From the NCBI RefSeq assembly GCF_009914755.1, contig NC_060945.1: DNA of 64,000 bases; one strand, given 5' to 3'. Shown in pieces: positions 27,623-43,649 of this stretch. Position 1 is the stretch's first letter, and every line of letters begins with the position of its first letter. Origin of the DNA: the human T2T-CHM13v2.0 reference genome, Homo sapiens. Below the pieces are notes generated by a model that saw only the letters and a program-made list of their open reading frames with translations, was not told the DNA's origin and did not search any database. The position numbers and the translations under genes are program-made.

Positions 27623-27725
27623 GCTTTAAACTAACAAACTTGATCAATGGTACTGCTTTGCCTCCCACCTCCCCACCCCCTAAATCCTGCTGTGGTTCTA
27701 TGTAAAATTTCAAACTTTTGTGTAG

Positions 27726-28147
<422 letters not shown>

Positions 28148-29385
28148 AAAGAAACTCCTGAATACTTCGAAAGTTGAGAACACAAGCTCTAAGAGGCATA
28201 CTTCTGTTAGAAAAAAAATAATTCACCACTCATGCTAATCTGAAATCTATTTTCAAATTCAGAACTTCGGTCTAGTTACTGACTGGGAAGGTGCCAAGGT
28301 TCTACCTACACCTAAGAAGTCCCTAGCAGCACGGGCGCCACTGGAATTTCCCACTTGTCGCTGCTGTTGATGCAAGGAAATCGCAACATAAGAGGAAAAT
28401 GGGGTTGGAGCCACGAGGCTTGCTTTTGCCACTTATCTTCCAGAGTTCATTCTGCTACATGGACAGAAGATAACTGGAGTGAAATAGATATTTCCCTATG
28501 TTCCTTCTGCATTTGGTTGGTCAATGTCAAAGTAAGGACCAAATTCCATCTGATAGCTAAGCGCACAGAAGGGGCTCGGCTCTGGGAGCAGTGAGGGTGT
28601 TGGCGGATCTGTATGGCAATACTCTTAAGACAGCTTCCACCAGGATGTGAGCCTCCTGCTTGGGACCTCTGCCCCAGCTTTCATAGCATGCCATGGTCCC
28701 TTTAGAAGGAAGCCCGAAGTGCACATTGAAAGCTGACCTCTGCTTCATTCAGCACTGCAGCTGCCTGGGGCCACTTCCACTGACCTCATCAGCCCCTACA
28801 ATCGGAATTCAGCCTTGAAATCTAGACACTTTTTTGTGCTCATGTTAGAAAAAGGAACTAAAAGTGCTCTACCTTTGATGCAAATCTCCCCCCTGCCTCC
28901 CACAAATCCAACACAGGACCTTGCTATATATAATTAGATGAGCTGGCAAGAGCTTGACCTCAAATGTTTTTTTAACTTTTCAGTTAACTTTGAGAATTTG
29001 GTTTTCCAACTTCACAATGAAGTGAGCTTGTAACTTTGAGTCTAGAAAGTGTGTTTGTTGGCGAGATGGCAGCGATGCCCGGAGTCACGGTGTGTTTGTG
29101 CCACCTTGGTTCCCTGTGTTTACAGCAGAATGAGCTCTTAGAGGGCTCTCCTTACATCCACTGGAGGAATTGCATGCTAATCATACGTGAAGGAGGTCTT
29201 TAAGAAGAAAGGAGCCTTGCTTCTCTGAGGAATCATACTCATGAATTGCTGGGGCAGAACCAGCAGGCAGCGTGCACTTGGGCCTGCTTTCCAGTAGCTC
29301 TGAGAAGGCCCAGAGCCATTTCAAGTCTGATTTCATTTCATCCCTTTTTTCTTCAATGTCTTCCTTTCTGCAAGATCTTTCTTAG

Positions 29386-29739
29386 TGTATTAGTCTGTTT
29401 TCACGTTGCTGATAAAGATATACCCAAGACTGGGAAGAAAAAGAAGTTTAATTGGACTTACAGTTCCACATGGCTGGGGAGGCCTCAGAATCATGGTGAG
29501 AGACAAAAGGCGCTTCTTACATGGCGGCGGCAAAGGAAAATGAGGAAGAAACAAAAGTGAAACCTCTGATAAACCCATCAGATCTTGTGAGACTTATTCA
29601 CTACCATGAGAAAAGCATGGGGGACACCGCCCCCAGGATTCAAATGATCTCCCACCAGGTCCCTCCCACAACATGTGGGAATTATGGGAGTACAATTCAA
29701 TAGGAGATTTGAGTGGGGACAAAGAGCCAAACCATATCA
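29386..29739 (-). mobile_element. THE1 (B/C-like) solo LTR
   Basis: TGTATTAGTCTGTTTTCACGTTGCTGATAAAGA...AAACCATATCA; TSD CTTAG at 29381-29385 and 29740-29744. Confidence 0.93.
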
Positions 29740-30279
29740 CTTAGTGTGTAAATTTTAGAGTAGCCTCTGAGCAGTATTATTTAGTCACACTATAGGTTGC
29801 ATAGGTTTCTGTGGGCTTGAGAATACAGTATTGTCTCTGTGGAAAATGCCTTCCAGCACTAAACAGCAAGTGCAGAGAGAGAATTTTTTTAGACTATAGC
29901 TTATTTTTGAAGTTGGAAGAATTGCTATATAGGAATCACCATAAATCCTAAAAGACTGGGCCTCAAATAAGAGCCTTTTTCTTTTATCTCAAAATAATTT
30001 AATACAAATACTAACAAACGCACCTTTCTTCCATGGTGATGTTTTATGTGTTACCATATCCTAGATTAGAAACCCACTTATGATAGCATCTATGAGCTCA
30101 GACAGAAAGGCAGGGCCTGTCCTTCCTCCACCTGCCTACCCTGGAGTCACTGCCAGAGGCTAAGGTGGAGAAATCACTGTGGCAGAGCTTTCAGGATGGA
30201 GTGCCTGATGGGATACAGGGGAGGAACAACTGGAGAGAAAAGGAAGGAAAAGGAAGGAAAAAGCGACTCACAATTTAAG

Positions 30280-30470
30280 CACATCCTGTGTGCCAGCAAC
30301 TGTGCTAGGTGTTTATATATATCATCTTAAATTTCTTATCTTGGCTCTGAGGTAGGTGTTATTTACATTTTACAGATGAGGAAATAATCTCATGTCATAA
30401 TCTCAAACAATAAAGAATTCAAGACTTTGCCCAGGGACACTGATTAATTCCTTCCCGGATCCAGTCTTTG
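30280..30470 (-). mobile_element. MIR SINE
   Basis: TGTGCCAGCAACTGTGCTAGG...CATTTTACAGATGAGGAAA...ACTTTGCCCAGGGACAC. Confidence 0.65.
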
Positions 30471-30966
30471 AATGCAGAGACCACAGGGCTCACAAGATCC
30501 ACTCAAGGGGCTTCGGGTGGGGTTTGGTAGAGGCAAAGGGGCTGGAGGAAGGGAGGTGAAGGTAGTGGTGGGCCTGCCCATGGCTTCTTCTGGAAGCTGG
30601 TGGCACAGCCCAACTACAGACTAAAGTTGAAGGACAGACGGGAGGGCCCAGGCCCAAGCTCCCTGGGGTAGCTGAAGGACCCTAAATCCCTATATAAATG
30701 CAGTGTTCAATAAGTGTAGTAACTGTAGAGATTTTTTTTAAAAACCATCCAGTCTAGAAAATTCTAGATAGTGAAAAAGGGCCTTTCCTTTCTAAAGATG
30801 TAGAGGTTAAAAACTGTTATAGGTAAAATATGATCTGGAGAAAATAAGAGAACTAGACAAGTAAGGGAATAATAATTAAGAAAAAAGAAAGAAGGAGCTT
30901 TTTAAGCACAAGGATTCTCAAAAAGACTAGAGTGATTTGCTTCTGCATATAGCTTTCGTTACTTAC

Positions 30967-31005
30967 CAGTGGTGTAAGAGGTCTGGTAAATATGGAAAAA
31001 ACATC
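30967..31005 (-). other. Candidate 39-nt minus-strand microexon
   Basis: Acceptor TTTACATCCTGTTCTTAG|, consensus donor CTG|GTAAGT; length is a multiple of 3. Confidence 0.35.
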
Positions 31006-31587
31006 CTAAGAACAGGATGTAAATGACAACCTCTTAGGCAATATGAGTTAAGATTATAAAGCAGCATGACTGACGTCTTGAATTAGTGGTCTACCACTGA
31101 AACACGTGGAGCATGTTTTCCACATATCCATGCTGAGTGGCTCAAAACTCTTTTTGCCTTCATCTAGAACACTTTTTTCTGCTGATACATCTCTGTCTTG
31201 TGATGATAGTGGACTCTTTTTTTTTTTTTTTTGGAACACTCAAAACCAAAATATGATACATGAAGTGCACAATCAACCCAGTAACACTACGATAAACCAA
31301 AAATAGAATGTGACCAGAATCCACATCTAATTTTCTCAAGTGAACTTGCTCCAAATACAATTTAAAAGAGCTACAAACTGCTTTTAGCACAGTGCTAGAA
31401 TATCCTTTTTTTATAGAAATTTACATGACTTAGGATAAAATATATTTTTTAAAAAATTCTTTCCCCAATCATTGACTCAAGCAAGTTGCAAACTTTAACA
31501 AAAATTCACAAAAATTAACCATGATGAAGAAGAGTAAAAAGGATCTGTTCTTAGAGGGGAGTTCCTTTATAAACAAATGAAACATGT

Positions 31588-31953
<366 letters not shown>

Positions 31954-32142
31954 TTATCCTGAAAAAAAGTTACCACTTAAAATCAATTAAATACATTTTA
32001 CAAAATTTAAACTTGTATCTACCTCTTCAACAGAAGTATTGTGTTAAAATATTAATGTATTTTTAATTAAAGAGAGCAAATTTCCCTAACAGTGTCAATC
32101 AGTTTGTTTTAAATTAGAACTGTACACAGAATACAGATAAAA

Positions 32143-32454
<312 letters not shown>

Positions 32455-33241
32455 TAGACAATTTACTTATTGTTGTAAATTACAACAAATGCTTTTACTT
32501 GCATGCCTATCAAAGACCTAATTTAATCACCACTAGTGTAATTGGTTTACCAAGAAACTGTGGAAAATGATCATCCTATTTCAAGAAGAGCTCCCTTTTA
32601 TCATTAAGGAGACACAGTACCCAGTTGTTCCAAAGACGGTAGGATGGAAAATCTGCAGAATTCACCTTCACCTTCTCTGAAGCAAACACAGAAAATCAGT
32701 GGGACCAGAATACAAACAGTTAACCCACTATGGCCCAGGGATTTCGCAAGAGGTCAAGGTAAAAAGTCCTCGAATTAAAAATTCCAGGAGATGGCTCCCT
32801 CTGCCCAATGAGGACTAGGTTGTCCGAGGGCTGGACTCATCCACATGCCTTTTGGGTCCCGGACCCACTGCTTCTCCAGTGGCAGGCAGAAGATCACAGA
32901 ATACTGGAGGCGCCTGTAGCTCCGACACCATGTGCCCTCTTTCTGGCTCAGTTCCATTAACTGTAAAATAAGGGACATCCTGGGGCTGGTGGAGGTGGCA
33001 CAGGGGGTGACTAGGAGCTAATCAGGGGGCCCCAGGGTGGACCCCTACTTCATGAGGGGCTGCTCCACTTTGCTGTTTTATGTGTTGGAGTTCAGTGAAA
33101 GAATTCACTTATAAAGATCTGACATTCAGAACAACAACAACAAAATAAAATGAAACTGTTTCAAAACCACTGAGCTTGACCATCTCTAAGGTTTCTTCCA
33201 GTCTCAACATTCTAAAGTCCATGAAAAAGGGTGAATTTGGC

Positions 33242-33613
33242 TGTATTAGTCCGGTCTCACACTGCTACAAAGAACTACCCAAGACTGGGTAATTTATGAA
33301 GAAAAGAGGTTGAATGGACTCACGGTTCCACAGGCTGTACAGGAAGCATGGCTGGAAAGGTCTCAGGAAATGTATAATCATGGCAGAAGGGCAAAAGAGA
33401 AGCAAGCATGTCTTCACATGACAGCAGGAGAGAGACAGTGAAAGGGGAGATGCTATACACTCTTAAACAACCAGATCTCAAAAGAACTCATTATCACAAG
33501 AATAGCAAGGGGGGAATCTACCCCCATGATCCAGTCACCTCCCACCAGGCCCAACACTGGGGATTACAATTCAACATGAGATTTGGATGGGGACACAGAG
33601 CCAAACCATATCC
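33242..33613 (-). mobile_element. MSTA solo LTR
   Basis: TGTATTAGTCCGGTCTCACACTGCT...GCCAAACCATATCC; TSD TTGGC at 33237-33241 and 33614-33618. Confidence 0.92.
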
Positions 33614-34509
33614 TTGGCTTATCTGGACTCTCCTCCTAGATCCAAGCAAATGTCAGCTAAAAATTCTGCATGCAAGATGAAATTATTCTCTTGGGTGAAA
33701 TGTTGGTTTTACAACAGTGATCAAAGGATGCTTTTTGAAAACTGACTTGATGTAAATGGATAGATTTTTAGCAGAGACCATTCTGGGACCAAAAGTTCCC
33801 AACATCCTTTTTTTCTCGGTTCTTCTTGGGACACATTTTGGCATGGTAATGGTGAATGGGGCAGGGAGACACAGACAGACTAAGTCACAAACATGGAAAA
33901 AGGATTATTTAGCTAATCTTTTGTATTAACCATCACTGATGGAAATATTTTGCCTTCACTGAGTTCCCTCATCAATGTCCTGTTACCATGCTTGCCTTGC
34001 CAAATTTCAACCCTGCTCCTGCTCATAGGTTCCAATAATCGAACATTACAAAACCAGGCCAACTGGTCCCACTACAAATGCAGATAGGTCTTCAAGGCTC
34101 TGGGTCAAACTGCCAGTCACCACTTTTTTCCTCTGTACATGTTTCACACCTTCTTATGACCCCAAGTCTTCAGTCTAAGTAGGTGACCTCAACTTCCACT
34201 TTATAAAACTAGCAAGGCCAAGTGACTCGAGTTCACTGCTCCCCTGTGTGCTACAACATGTTCCTGCATCTGGACTCTTTCTTGGTCCTTTCTCTGGTAT
34301 GTCAATAAGGAGCATTCCTCTTCCTCCCAAAGATAATGCCATCTTTTGTTCCCTCAATTCTGCATCTTCCTGCCTCCTCCAAGGCCTTGCTTCATTTTAT
34401 AATCATGCCTACTTGTAATTTTTGTTGTCGCTGTTACAATATACATTGCTTTTCTAATTAGAAAACCGTCAAAATTATACGTGTCATGAAAACATATAAA
34501 GGAGGAAAA

Positions 34510-35640
34510 TATAAGACATACAGAGTTCCTATTTAGGAGGCCCAGCATTACTAGGAGGCCCAGAAAGAACAGAAATCAAAGGGCAGAGCTTAAGGAACGC
34601 TACAAAAATCCTCAGGTTCTAAAGAAGATGAATTTTCCAATGGAAGGGACTCACCAAATGAAGCCTACTATGAATACAGACCCATGTGAAGACACATCCA
34701 CAAAGCATTTCAGAATATCCAAGACAAAGAAGGATGTTTCAAGAGAGACAAAAAATCAGTCATTTGCAAGGGAGTGGAAGTTGGACTGACATCAGTCTTT
34801 GCATCAGCTAAATTGGACACTATAAGCCAATGAGCTTTCCTAGAAGTTCTGAGAAACAATGTCCACTGGAGAAGTCTACCTGCAGATAAGCTATCAATCA
34901 AGCGTGAGGGTGAGATACTACGTATATTTTCAAGAAATCAGACAACTGACTTTTCATTCTCTTTTCTAGGGGAGAAAATATAAATGTAGTCCAGCAAAAT
35001 GATGGCATAAACCATAAAGGAGAAAGACATGAGATTTAGGATGCACTAGACCCAACTTAGGGACAGAGCGAAGAAGAGCCCCCAGAAGGTAGATCAGCCT
35101 CAGGTCCTGGGAAAAGCCAGTCCAGAATAGGAAACGTGAATAATAGAATGTTTGTCATAACTGAGAAGATACAAGAACTTGAGGATCTGATAAAGCACAC
35201 AATGCGTCAAAAAAAGATAATACAAACTCTAAGAAAAATAAAAATGCCATTCAAGAAAGTCAGATCCAAATATGAAGTAAAACGTGACATGAAATGATTT
35301 TCAGCAGTTGTTTGAGTGTAAACACGGAGTGTCTGTCTGCTTCCGCGGCTGAGCACGTTCTCCTCGGGTGCCTCCCGCGTCAGAAGCTAGACCTACTCAG
35401 AAGGAACGTAATCCTCACCAGCTGCTTAGCTGGCATCGAAGAACATTTTTATAGCTGTATTAGCATAAACCGTACTGACAACTTTTCAGGTTTTAGCGTC
35501 AAATTATGAATAAAACATGGACAATGGTTACGGCATCAAGTGTTAATCACCTAAATGTCAACGCATGGCTGATGGAGGCAGAACTGCACGGGCAGATGGG
35601 AATCAAGAAGAAATGGGAGGAAACTCACAACTGCAAAATG
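34510..35640 (+). mobile_element. Ancient HAL1/L1M-type element (decayed ORF1-like region plus 3' part)
   Basis: ATTTCAGAATATCCAAGACAAAGAAGG, GACTGACATCAGTCTTT, AGCTATCAATCAAGCGTGAGGGT, AGAAGGAACGTAATCCT resemble recalled HAL1 consensus. Confidence 0.6.
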
Positions 35641-36059
35641 TGAGGGCATCTGCTAAAACTAGTTCATTTACATCAAATGTTTGCGAACAGCACCCGTGGG
35701 TCACTCTCTACCACATCTGGTCCTGGGGTTTCTCAGAGGATGTGGTCAGGAGCCTCTGTCTGCACAGCTACCTGGCCTTTCTTCAGGATCCGAGCCTGCA
35801 CAGTGTGCATCACAGGGCTCCATGGGAGCACAAACACAGTTCACCTTCTCCCCATCTGGAGCGGCTATGCTCATTTGCTAGTAGCAGCATTTCCCACTTC
35901 CCTCCTTTCCTCCTTCTCTTCCTCCTTCCCTCTTGCCTCTCCTACTTACTGAGCTTCTAGCGTATGCCAAGCACTATGGCTGAGACGGTCTTATTCTCAA
36001 GGCGAGCCCACTGAAAGGAGGTCAAACCTACAGCCCGGAGAATTGATGACTAGGGGTGA

Positions 36060-36290
<231 letters not shown>

Positions 36291-37439
36291 TAGGAAGATT
36301 GGTGACTGGACTTCCTAAGCGCAGTTCCATTAACAGCAACGACACGTGCAAAATGAGCTCCTGTAGCTGAACCTCAGAAGAAGAGACGAGACAGCGGTGT
36401 GTTAAGGGACCACTAGTGACCCCAAAAGGTGTCATTTAATCCTCAGGACAGCCCTGAGGTAGGCATTATTTTACAAATGAGGAAATAAACTCAAAGAATT
36501 TGGACAGGCCCAACTTAGGTCTGTCTAGCACTAGAGTCTGGGTTCCTTCCATCACACTGCATGGGATCCTTAACTCTGAGTGAGCCAGGGTCCTGTGGAA
36601 TTCTCCAAAACTGCTGTGCCCTATAATATGGTGACTGGAGGGGAAGAAATGCAGGAAAGCTTGTGGAAAATTTTTATTCATACCCAACAGCTCAACAATG
36701 TAGTTTACCTTAGATGATCCCTAAGGAACCACCCAGTGACATCATTCTCTGATTCCATAATTGTCCAACAAGTTCCTCCTTCTATTTCCCAATAAAAGCA
36801 CAGGGTTTTGCATTACCTTTGTCAGATAAGTGCAATAAACAAGTCACAGAGCTCTGCAGGTTCGTACCTGCACCACCCCTCTCTGGAGGCTGTGTCCTCT
36901 ACCCGAGCTGTTCTTTTCTGGCAATAAGAGTTGGGGCCCCTCCAACGGCAGGGATCTGGACAGCTTCCAGAGGAACCCAGGACAAGAGAAAAAGAGCCCC
37001 AGGGACACTGTCCAACTCGGACACAAACCCAAGTGTGGGGTGGGTGGCTGTGACACGTTCCAGGCTTGATGGTATTTTTCCCTTTACTTTAAATCAGTCT
37101 TTGATTGTCTTGTGTGCACACAGGAAGAATGATGAATATTAAAAATAAAACGCAAATCAGCCAGCAAGTAGTCTTTAGAAGAAATAAGTCACAGGAGGTT
37201 GAAAACAATGTACTAGCACTGGAGAAGTCTGAACATTTTGGTCAATGTCTGTGAATGTTTCAAAGTTTAAACTGGATGGAGTTTACTGAGACTCTAATCA
37301 CCGCTCAGCAAGAAATCTATGCTAATCACATCAATATTATAACACAAACAAGCAGGTGGAAGAAAATCCAAAGATAGCTAATGGATAATACTTTGTCTTT
37401 GGTTCAATTATAGGACTTGGTTTCTAAAGGAGCTGCTAA

Positions 37440-38700
<1,261 letters not shown>

Positions 38701-39598
38701 CATGAAGGCCACATGCAAAAACACAAAAGAGCAAGAGGTGCGTTAGGGAATGTAAGATCTTATATTCTCCTTGACCCTCGTATCTCTGAGAGCTTACCTT
38801 ATGATTCTTCTCCCCTCACCTGCAAATATATAGCTTGAGTAGCAGATGAGGCAGGACATCATAACGCCCTCCATATTAAATGAGTTCCGTGAATAGACAG
38901 GATCCAGAAAATAAACCCATCTGTTTGATGCAGAACTAAGAACATTAGATTGAGAAACTTGAGGTCTCCTGCTGTAAGCAGCCATCAGCCAGCATCAGCC
39001 AGATCCCCTAGGAATCTGCATCAGAACAAACTACCTATTCTTATCATCTCTCCACTGGGCCTGGTCATCTGTGAGCAGGGTTCCCAGGCAGGTGATTGTC
39101 ACAGGGCGGCAGATCAGAACAGACAGACTAGTTCCAGACCAGGGTCAATTCCTGGTGTCTGCTCTGGTCTTGGTGGCCCCACTCTGGGCCCTGGGGGAAT
39201 GGACCTGCCCAGGGAGGAAGAGAGGCTTTGCAGATGGCCCTTTGCTAAGGGCTCTGGAAGAATCTCCTGAACTTTGTGGGTTCTCTAAGACACCCGCCCT
39301 GACAAGAGTGCCTTTCCAAGAGTGCAGGGCATGTTACCAAGTGTTACCAGAAGTGGTCTCGGTTGCTCTAAATACAGCGCCCAACAGAGTGGGTCCTCCT
39401 GGCCACTCGGTTGGGCTGTGGTCACACCATGCCTGGGAAGAGCGTAGCTGGGTTTCCCATCCCGACTCCAACAGTGACAGATTTGTGTGACTCCAGGCAA
39501 GGTCATCTACCCTTTGGGCCCCTGGTTCCTCACCTGAATAACAACACATACAACAAACAGACAAACAAAAACAAGCCAACAAAAAAAAGGACTTGCAT

Positions 39599-40110
39599 CC
39601 AGTGATTCTCAAATGTGGGGTCCCTCAAAGGTTTTTAGGCCAGTTGTTTAGGAACTGCTTGGAAGAGTTGTTAAAAATGCGATGTTATGGCCGGGCGCGG
39701 TGGCTCATGCCTGTAATCCTAGCACCTTGGGAGGCTGAGGTGGGCAGATCACTTGAGCTCAGGAGTATGAGACCAACCTGGGCAACATGGCAAAACCTAG
39801 TTTCTACCAAAAATACAAAAAATTAGCCAGGTACGGTGGTGCATGCCTGTAGTCCCAGCTACTTGGGAGGCTGGAGGCTGGGGTGAGAAGATCACTTGGG
39901 CCTGGTAGGCAGAGGCTGCAGTGAGCTGAGATTGCGCCACTGCACTCCAGCCTGGGTGACACAGCGAGAGTCCCACCCCCCAAAAATGCAATGTTAAAGA
40001 TAAAGGGTCCAGATCTTTGACCCCAGGCCTTGGGTAGCACCAGGGCATCTGAATTTTTAATAAGCTCTATAGGTGATTCTGATAAACAGCTAGATTTGGG
40101 ACCCACTGGA
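39599..40110. mobile_element. MER5-like hAT remnant interrupted by AluJ
   Basis: CAGTGATTCTCAAATGTGGG...GTTGTTAAAAATGC and ATCTGAATTTTTAATAAGCTCTATAGGTGATTCTGAT...CCACTGGA. Confidence 0.65.
39689..39981 (+). mobile_element. AluJ with C-rich remnant instead of A tail
   Basis: J-type body; TSD AAAAATGC(G/A)ATGTTA at 39673-39687 and 39982-39996. Confidence 0.88.
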
Positions 40111-41783
40111 CTAAATGATTACTAAGCTGCCTTCCATCTCTAGCAATGTATGACTCAATGCATGTATGTGACAAATGTTCATGACCAATTCAACAACCAG
40201 GTCCCAAAACCTAACCTAGTACAGTTGCATCACTCAGACATTACTTATGCTTGCTAATGAATCACTCTTAGGCTTTATAGAAAATAGAGTAAAATGAATT
40301 ATTCGAGAGTCTCAAAATAGACCCCAGTCTCCCATTTCCTTCAAATTACATTTTCTAAAACTGAAACACAGTACCAGCCACAACCCAGTCCTCAGAAGAG
40401 GAGAGCGACAGGTTGGCAGGTCCAGAGCCATGAGCCAGGCCACTGGTTTGCAGTTGTGACCTTGAGCAGAAGAATATTTTTTTCTTTAAAATTGCCTTTC
40501 CACTCTGTAAAATAGAAATAACCACTGCTAACCTATCTCCTAGGGCTGCTGAGAATCCACAGGGAAATTACTATCCGTCTGATTCTCCCACTAACACCCG
40601 GTGTCAGAGAACAGAGGGGAAAGTGTCACAGTGCATTACTTTCAGACCCACCGTGTCTGCACAAATATTTCAATGGTTCAAAATAAAAAAGAGCCCAACC
40701 AAGGATTCCCAGTGAGAATGGAAGAGGCCCTGTTTGATTTACTTTCCTGGGAAGTCAAGCCCAGCTTTAGAGCATCAGGAACCATCTTATCTACCCCCGG
40801 GTATGCTAGAGACAGAGGCCGGCCTGCACAGCCTGGTCAGCAGTTGCAACTTTCTTTAGCTAAACCTGCTGGCATTCAGGCCTGATAGTAGGCAGGGTCA
40901 GCGCAAATGGAAAGAATGACAGTGTGTCCTTCCACCTTCCTGAGGCCCTGGCTGATATGGAAACTGGCTGGCACGGGTGGCCATGGAAAGTATGAATCCA
41001 GGCTTGCCTAGGGTTGAATGAGTGAGGAATGATCAGATCAGGCCTGTGTTAAAATATCACCACAGCTCACTTGCCCGGCTATTATCCAGTCACGTCCTCC
41101 GGGTTTCAGGAATGAGATGCTGCAACCCGAAGCAGCTGGAGACAGTGTTTGCAAAAGCAGGCCAGGCAGGCTCCTTGGAGCTGAAGCTGGGTGGAGAGAT
41201 GGGTGTGGTGACTGCCTGCACAGACAGACACCTGTGAAGGGCTGACTTGGCTCCCGGATGCTTTCTCTACAGTTCCTCACCTTTGTGCATGGCTCACCAT
41301 GATCTCCGCCCCACTCTATAGATGAAGGAATCCTTCCTAGAGAGGTCAAGTGTCTGGCTGGTGCTTGCACGAAGAAGGGACCCAAATCCAGGACCCTGTG
41401 ATATCCCTCCTGGCCTTGCAAACTTTCTAGCACCTGGCTGTCTCGTGCACCTACGTATGCACATGGATGCTGTAAATCAAGGCAAAGCACAGGCAGGCAG
41501 GCAACACAGGGGAGGTCTATGGAAAAGGAGGGGTGAGAAGGAAGAAGAGAGTTTTAGGCCAAAAGCTCAAAAATGTTCTTTAGACAAGCACTAGGAGAAC
41601 CACCCAGAAGTCACGAGTCGGGAGTTCTAAGTCCTTGTGGAGATGGACCCACCGTTGTCTCAGAGATGCCTTAGTCTCTACAGGGAAAACCACTGAAAAT
41701 GCCTTCTAGACTGGAAAGTCTAAATAACTAAAATGTTTTCACTTCTCTAATAACTTTTTTTTTTAAGGTCTTAGAATGGAAAG

Positions 41784-41883
41784 ATCCCTATTCCAACGTC
41801 CCAACCAAATCAAGATGCTGTTTCTAGGGTCCAATCCCTATTCCAACATCCCAGCCAAATCAAGACGCTGTTTGTAGGGTCCA
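41784..41883 (+). repeat. Two-copy 50-bp tandem duplication
   Basis: 41784-41833 vs 41834-41883, 46/50 identical. Confidence 0.95.
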
Positions 41884-42744
41884 AACTGCCTCTGCTTAGG
41901 CAGTTCTCAGACTGGGTAGAGAAAGGAAGACTACAAGTTAAGGAGTATTCAAAAACAAAACAAAATGAGTATCTCAGAGAGCTGAAAAATGAATTGCTGT
42001 TGCCCCCAAAGACCCTTTCAGTCTGAGGAAGTATTATTCATGCCCCTCTGCCCTCATACCTGAAAAGCCCCCTCAAATCAAAGATGAGGAATAAGAGGAA
42101 GAAGAAGGAGGAGGAGGAAACAGAATAAATCCCCTGCTCCACGTCTCTGGTTATGGCAGTCAAGCAAGCCTAAAAGAAAAACAGCCATCATTCCCAGGGT
42201 CAATGCCAGTGTATATGAGGAAAAAAAATCACTAAAAATGTAAAGCCTCCATTGCCTACAGGCCCTAAAAATATTACACACTATCAGGGCACTTTGCATG
42301 AAAGTTTTAATACCGTTATTCATGAAAAAAATCTTTGAAAAAAAGGCAGCCCAGGAAGTGGCTGGCCTACATGTGGACCAAAAGGCAGGCTGAGAAGCGT
42401 GTCTCCCACGGGCTCTACAGTACTCTTGCAAAGCAACTGCCTCTCCATTTAGGTCGCAGAATTGGGGACTAGCCTTGTTAGTGACCTCCCAACTCTAAAT
42501 TTGCTATCAAAATGCCAACAGGGCCGATCTCTTTCAAGCCAGACGAGTCATCTACCCTTGTGGGTAGCTTCTCAACTCATCATCCAAGGCAAGGTGTATT
42601 CTGGGCACGAGGTAGGGGAAGATGCAAGTTTCTCCCGGGGGTTGCTTTGGACCTAAAGAGGGGTCTATGCTCATTACCAAAGGCAGTCTGCCCAGCATAA
42701 CCTTTGACACCACGGACTCACTTGAGCCACAGAATGTCATTTAT

Positions 42745-43525
42745 CAATTTAATACATATTCATGAAGCAAGTGCTATTCTTAGGTACTAAGAACTTCCAA
42801 GCTCCTAAGGTACTGGGCACCTAGTGGTAAATGAGACAAAAGCCTTCGTGAAGCTGACGTTCTAGCAAACACAGACAACAGGCAATTATATACCCTGATG
42901 TTGGGGAGTGACCAGTGCTATGAAGACACTTTGAGGACAGATGGTCTGGGGTGGGGGGAATGGTGCGCTCGCTTAGCTAGGGGCTCGGGAAGACATTTCT
43001 GAGGAAGGAGCATCTGGGCAGCGACCTGGGAGGAGTGAGGGAGTAAGCCATGTGGGTATCTGGGGGAAGAACCTTCCGGGAATTCCAGGCTTTGAGGAAG
43101 GGACCACACTTGGCACATGGGAGCAGTAGCAGCAAGGCCAGAGTAGCCCAGCTGTGGTATTGGAGACGCGAGGAGGAGCTGAATCTGGAGAGGGCAGAGC
43201 GGGCCACGTCCTCACATGCCCAGGCAAGCATCTGGAGCCCGCGCTAAATGTGCTCAGAGGACTCAGAGCAAGAGAGTGGCCAGGTTTGATTCATGTTTTC
43301 AAAACACCACTGGCTGCTCCATTGAGAGGCAGAGCTCCAGAGTGACAAGAGGGAAGCAAGAATGGGGAGGCTTCCGCGATAACACAGGCAGGGGAGGACA
43401 CTGGTTTAGACAGGGGTGAGAGAGGGAGGGTAAAAAGCAGAGGAGCCCAGAACATCATCTGAAGAGGCACCCAGGACTGGCTGCTGGGTTGGCTGTGCGG
43501 TGTGGAGATGGAGGCTGATGCCATT
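42745..43525 (-). mobile_element. L2 LINE fragment
   Basis: TTTAATACATATTCATGAAGC 3' end, GAGTAAGCCATGTGGGTATCTGGGGGAAGA, CACTGGCTGCT, GATGGAGGCTGATGCCATT. Confidence 0.7.
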
Positions 43526-43649
43526 CTAAAGAGTGTCAGAGAGAGAGAGAGAGCCTCTTGCTGGTTGTTTTAGGAACAACAGTGTTGGCTAATAAATTCC
43601 TGCAGACACTCTGAATATAACTGAGAGAGCTCAGCTGGCTCTAACAGCA

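Noticed and set aside
41784-41883. Repeat units as a CRISPR-like array
   Set aside because: Only two abutting copies, no spacers, eukaryotic context
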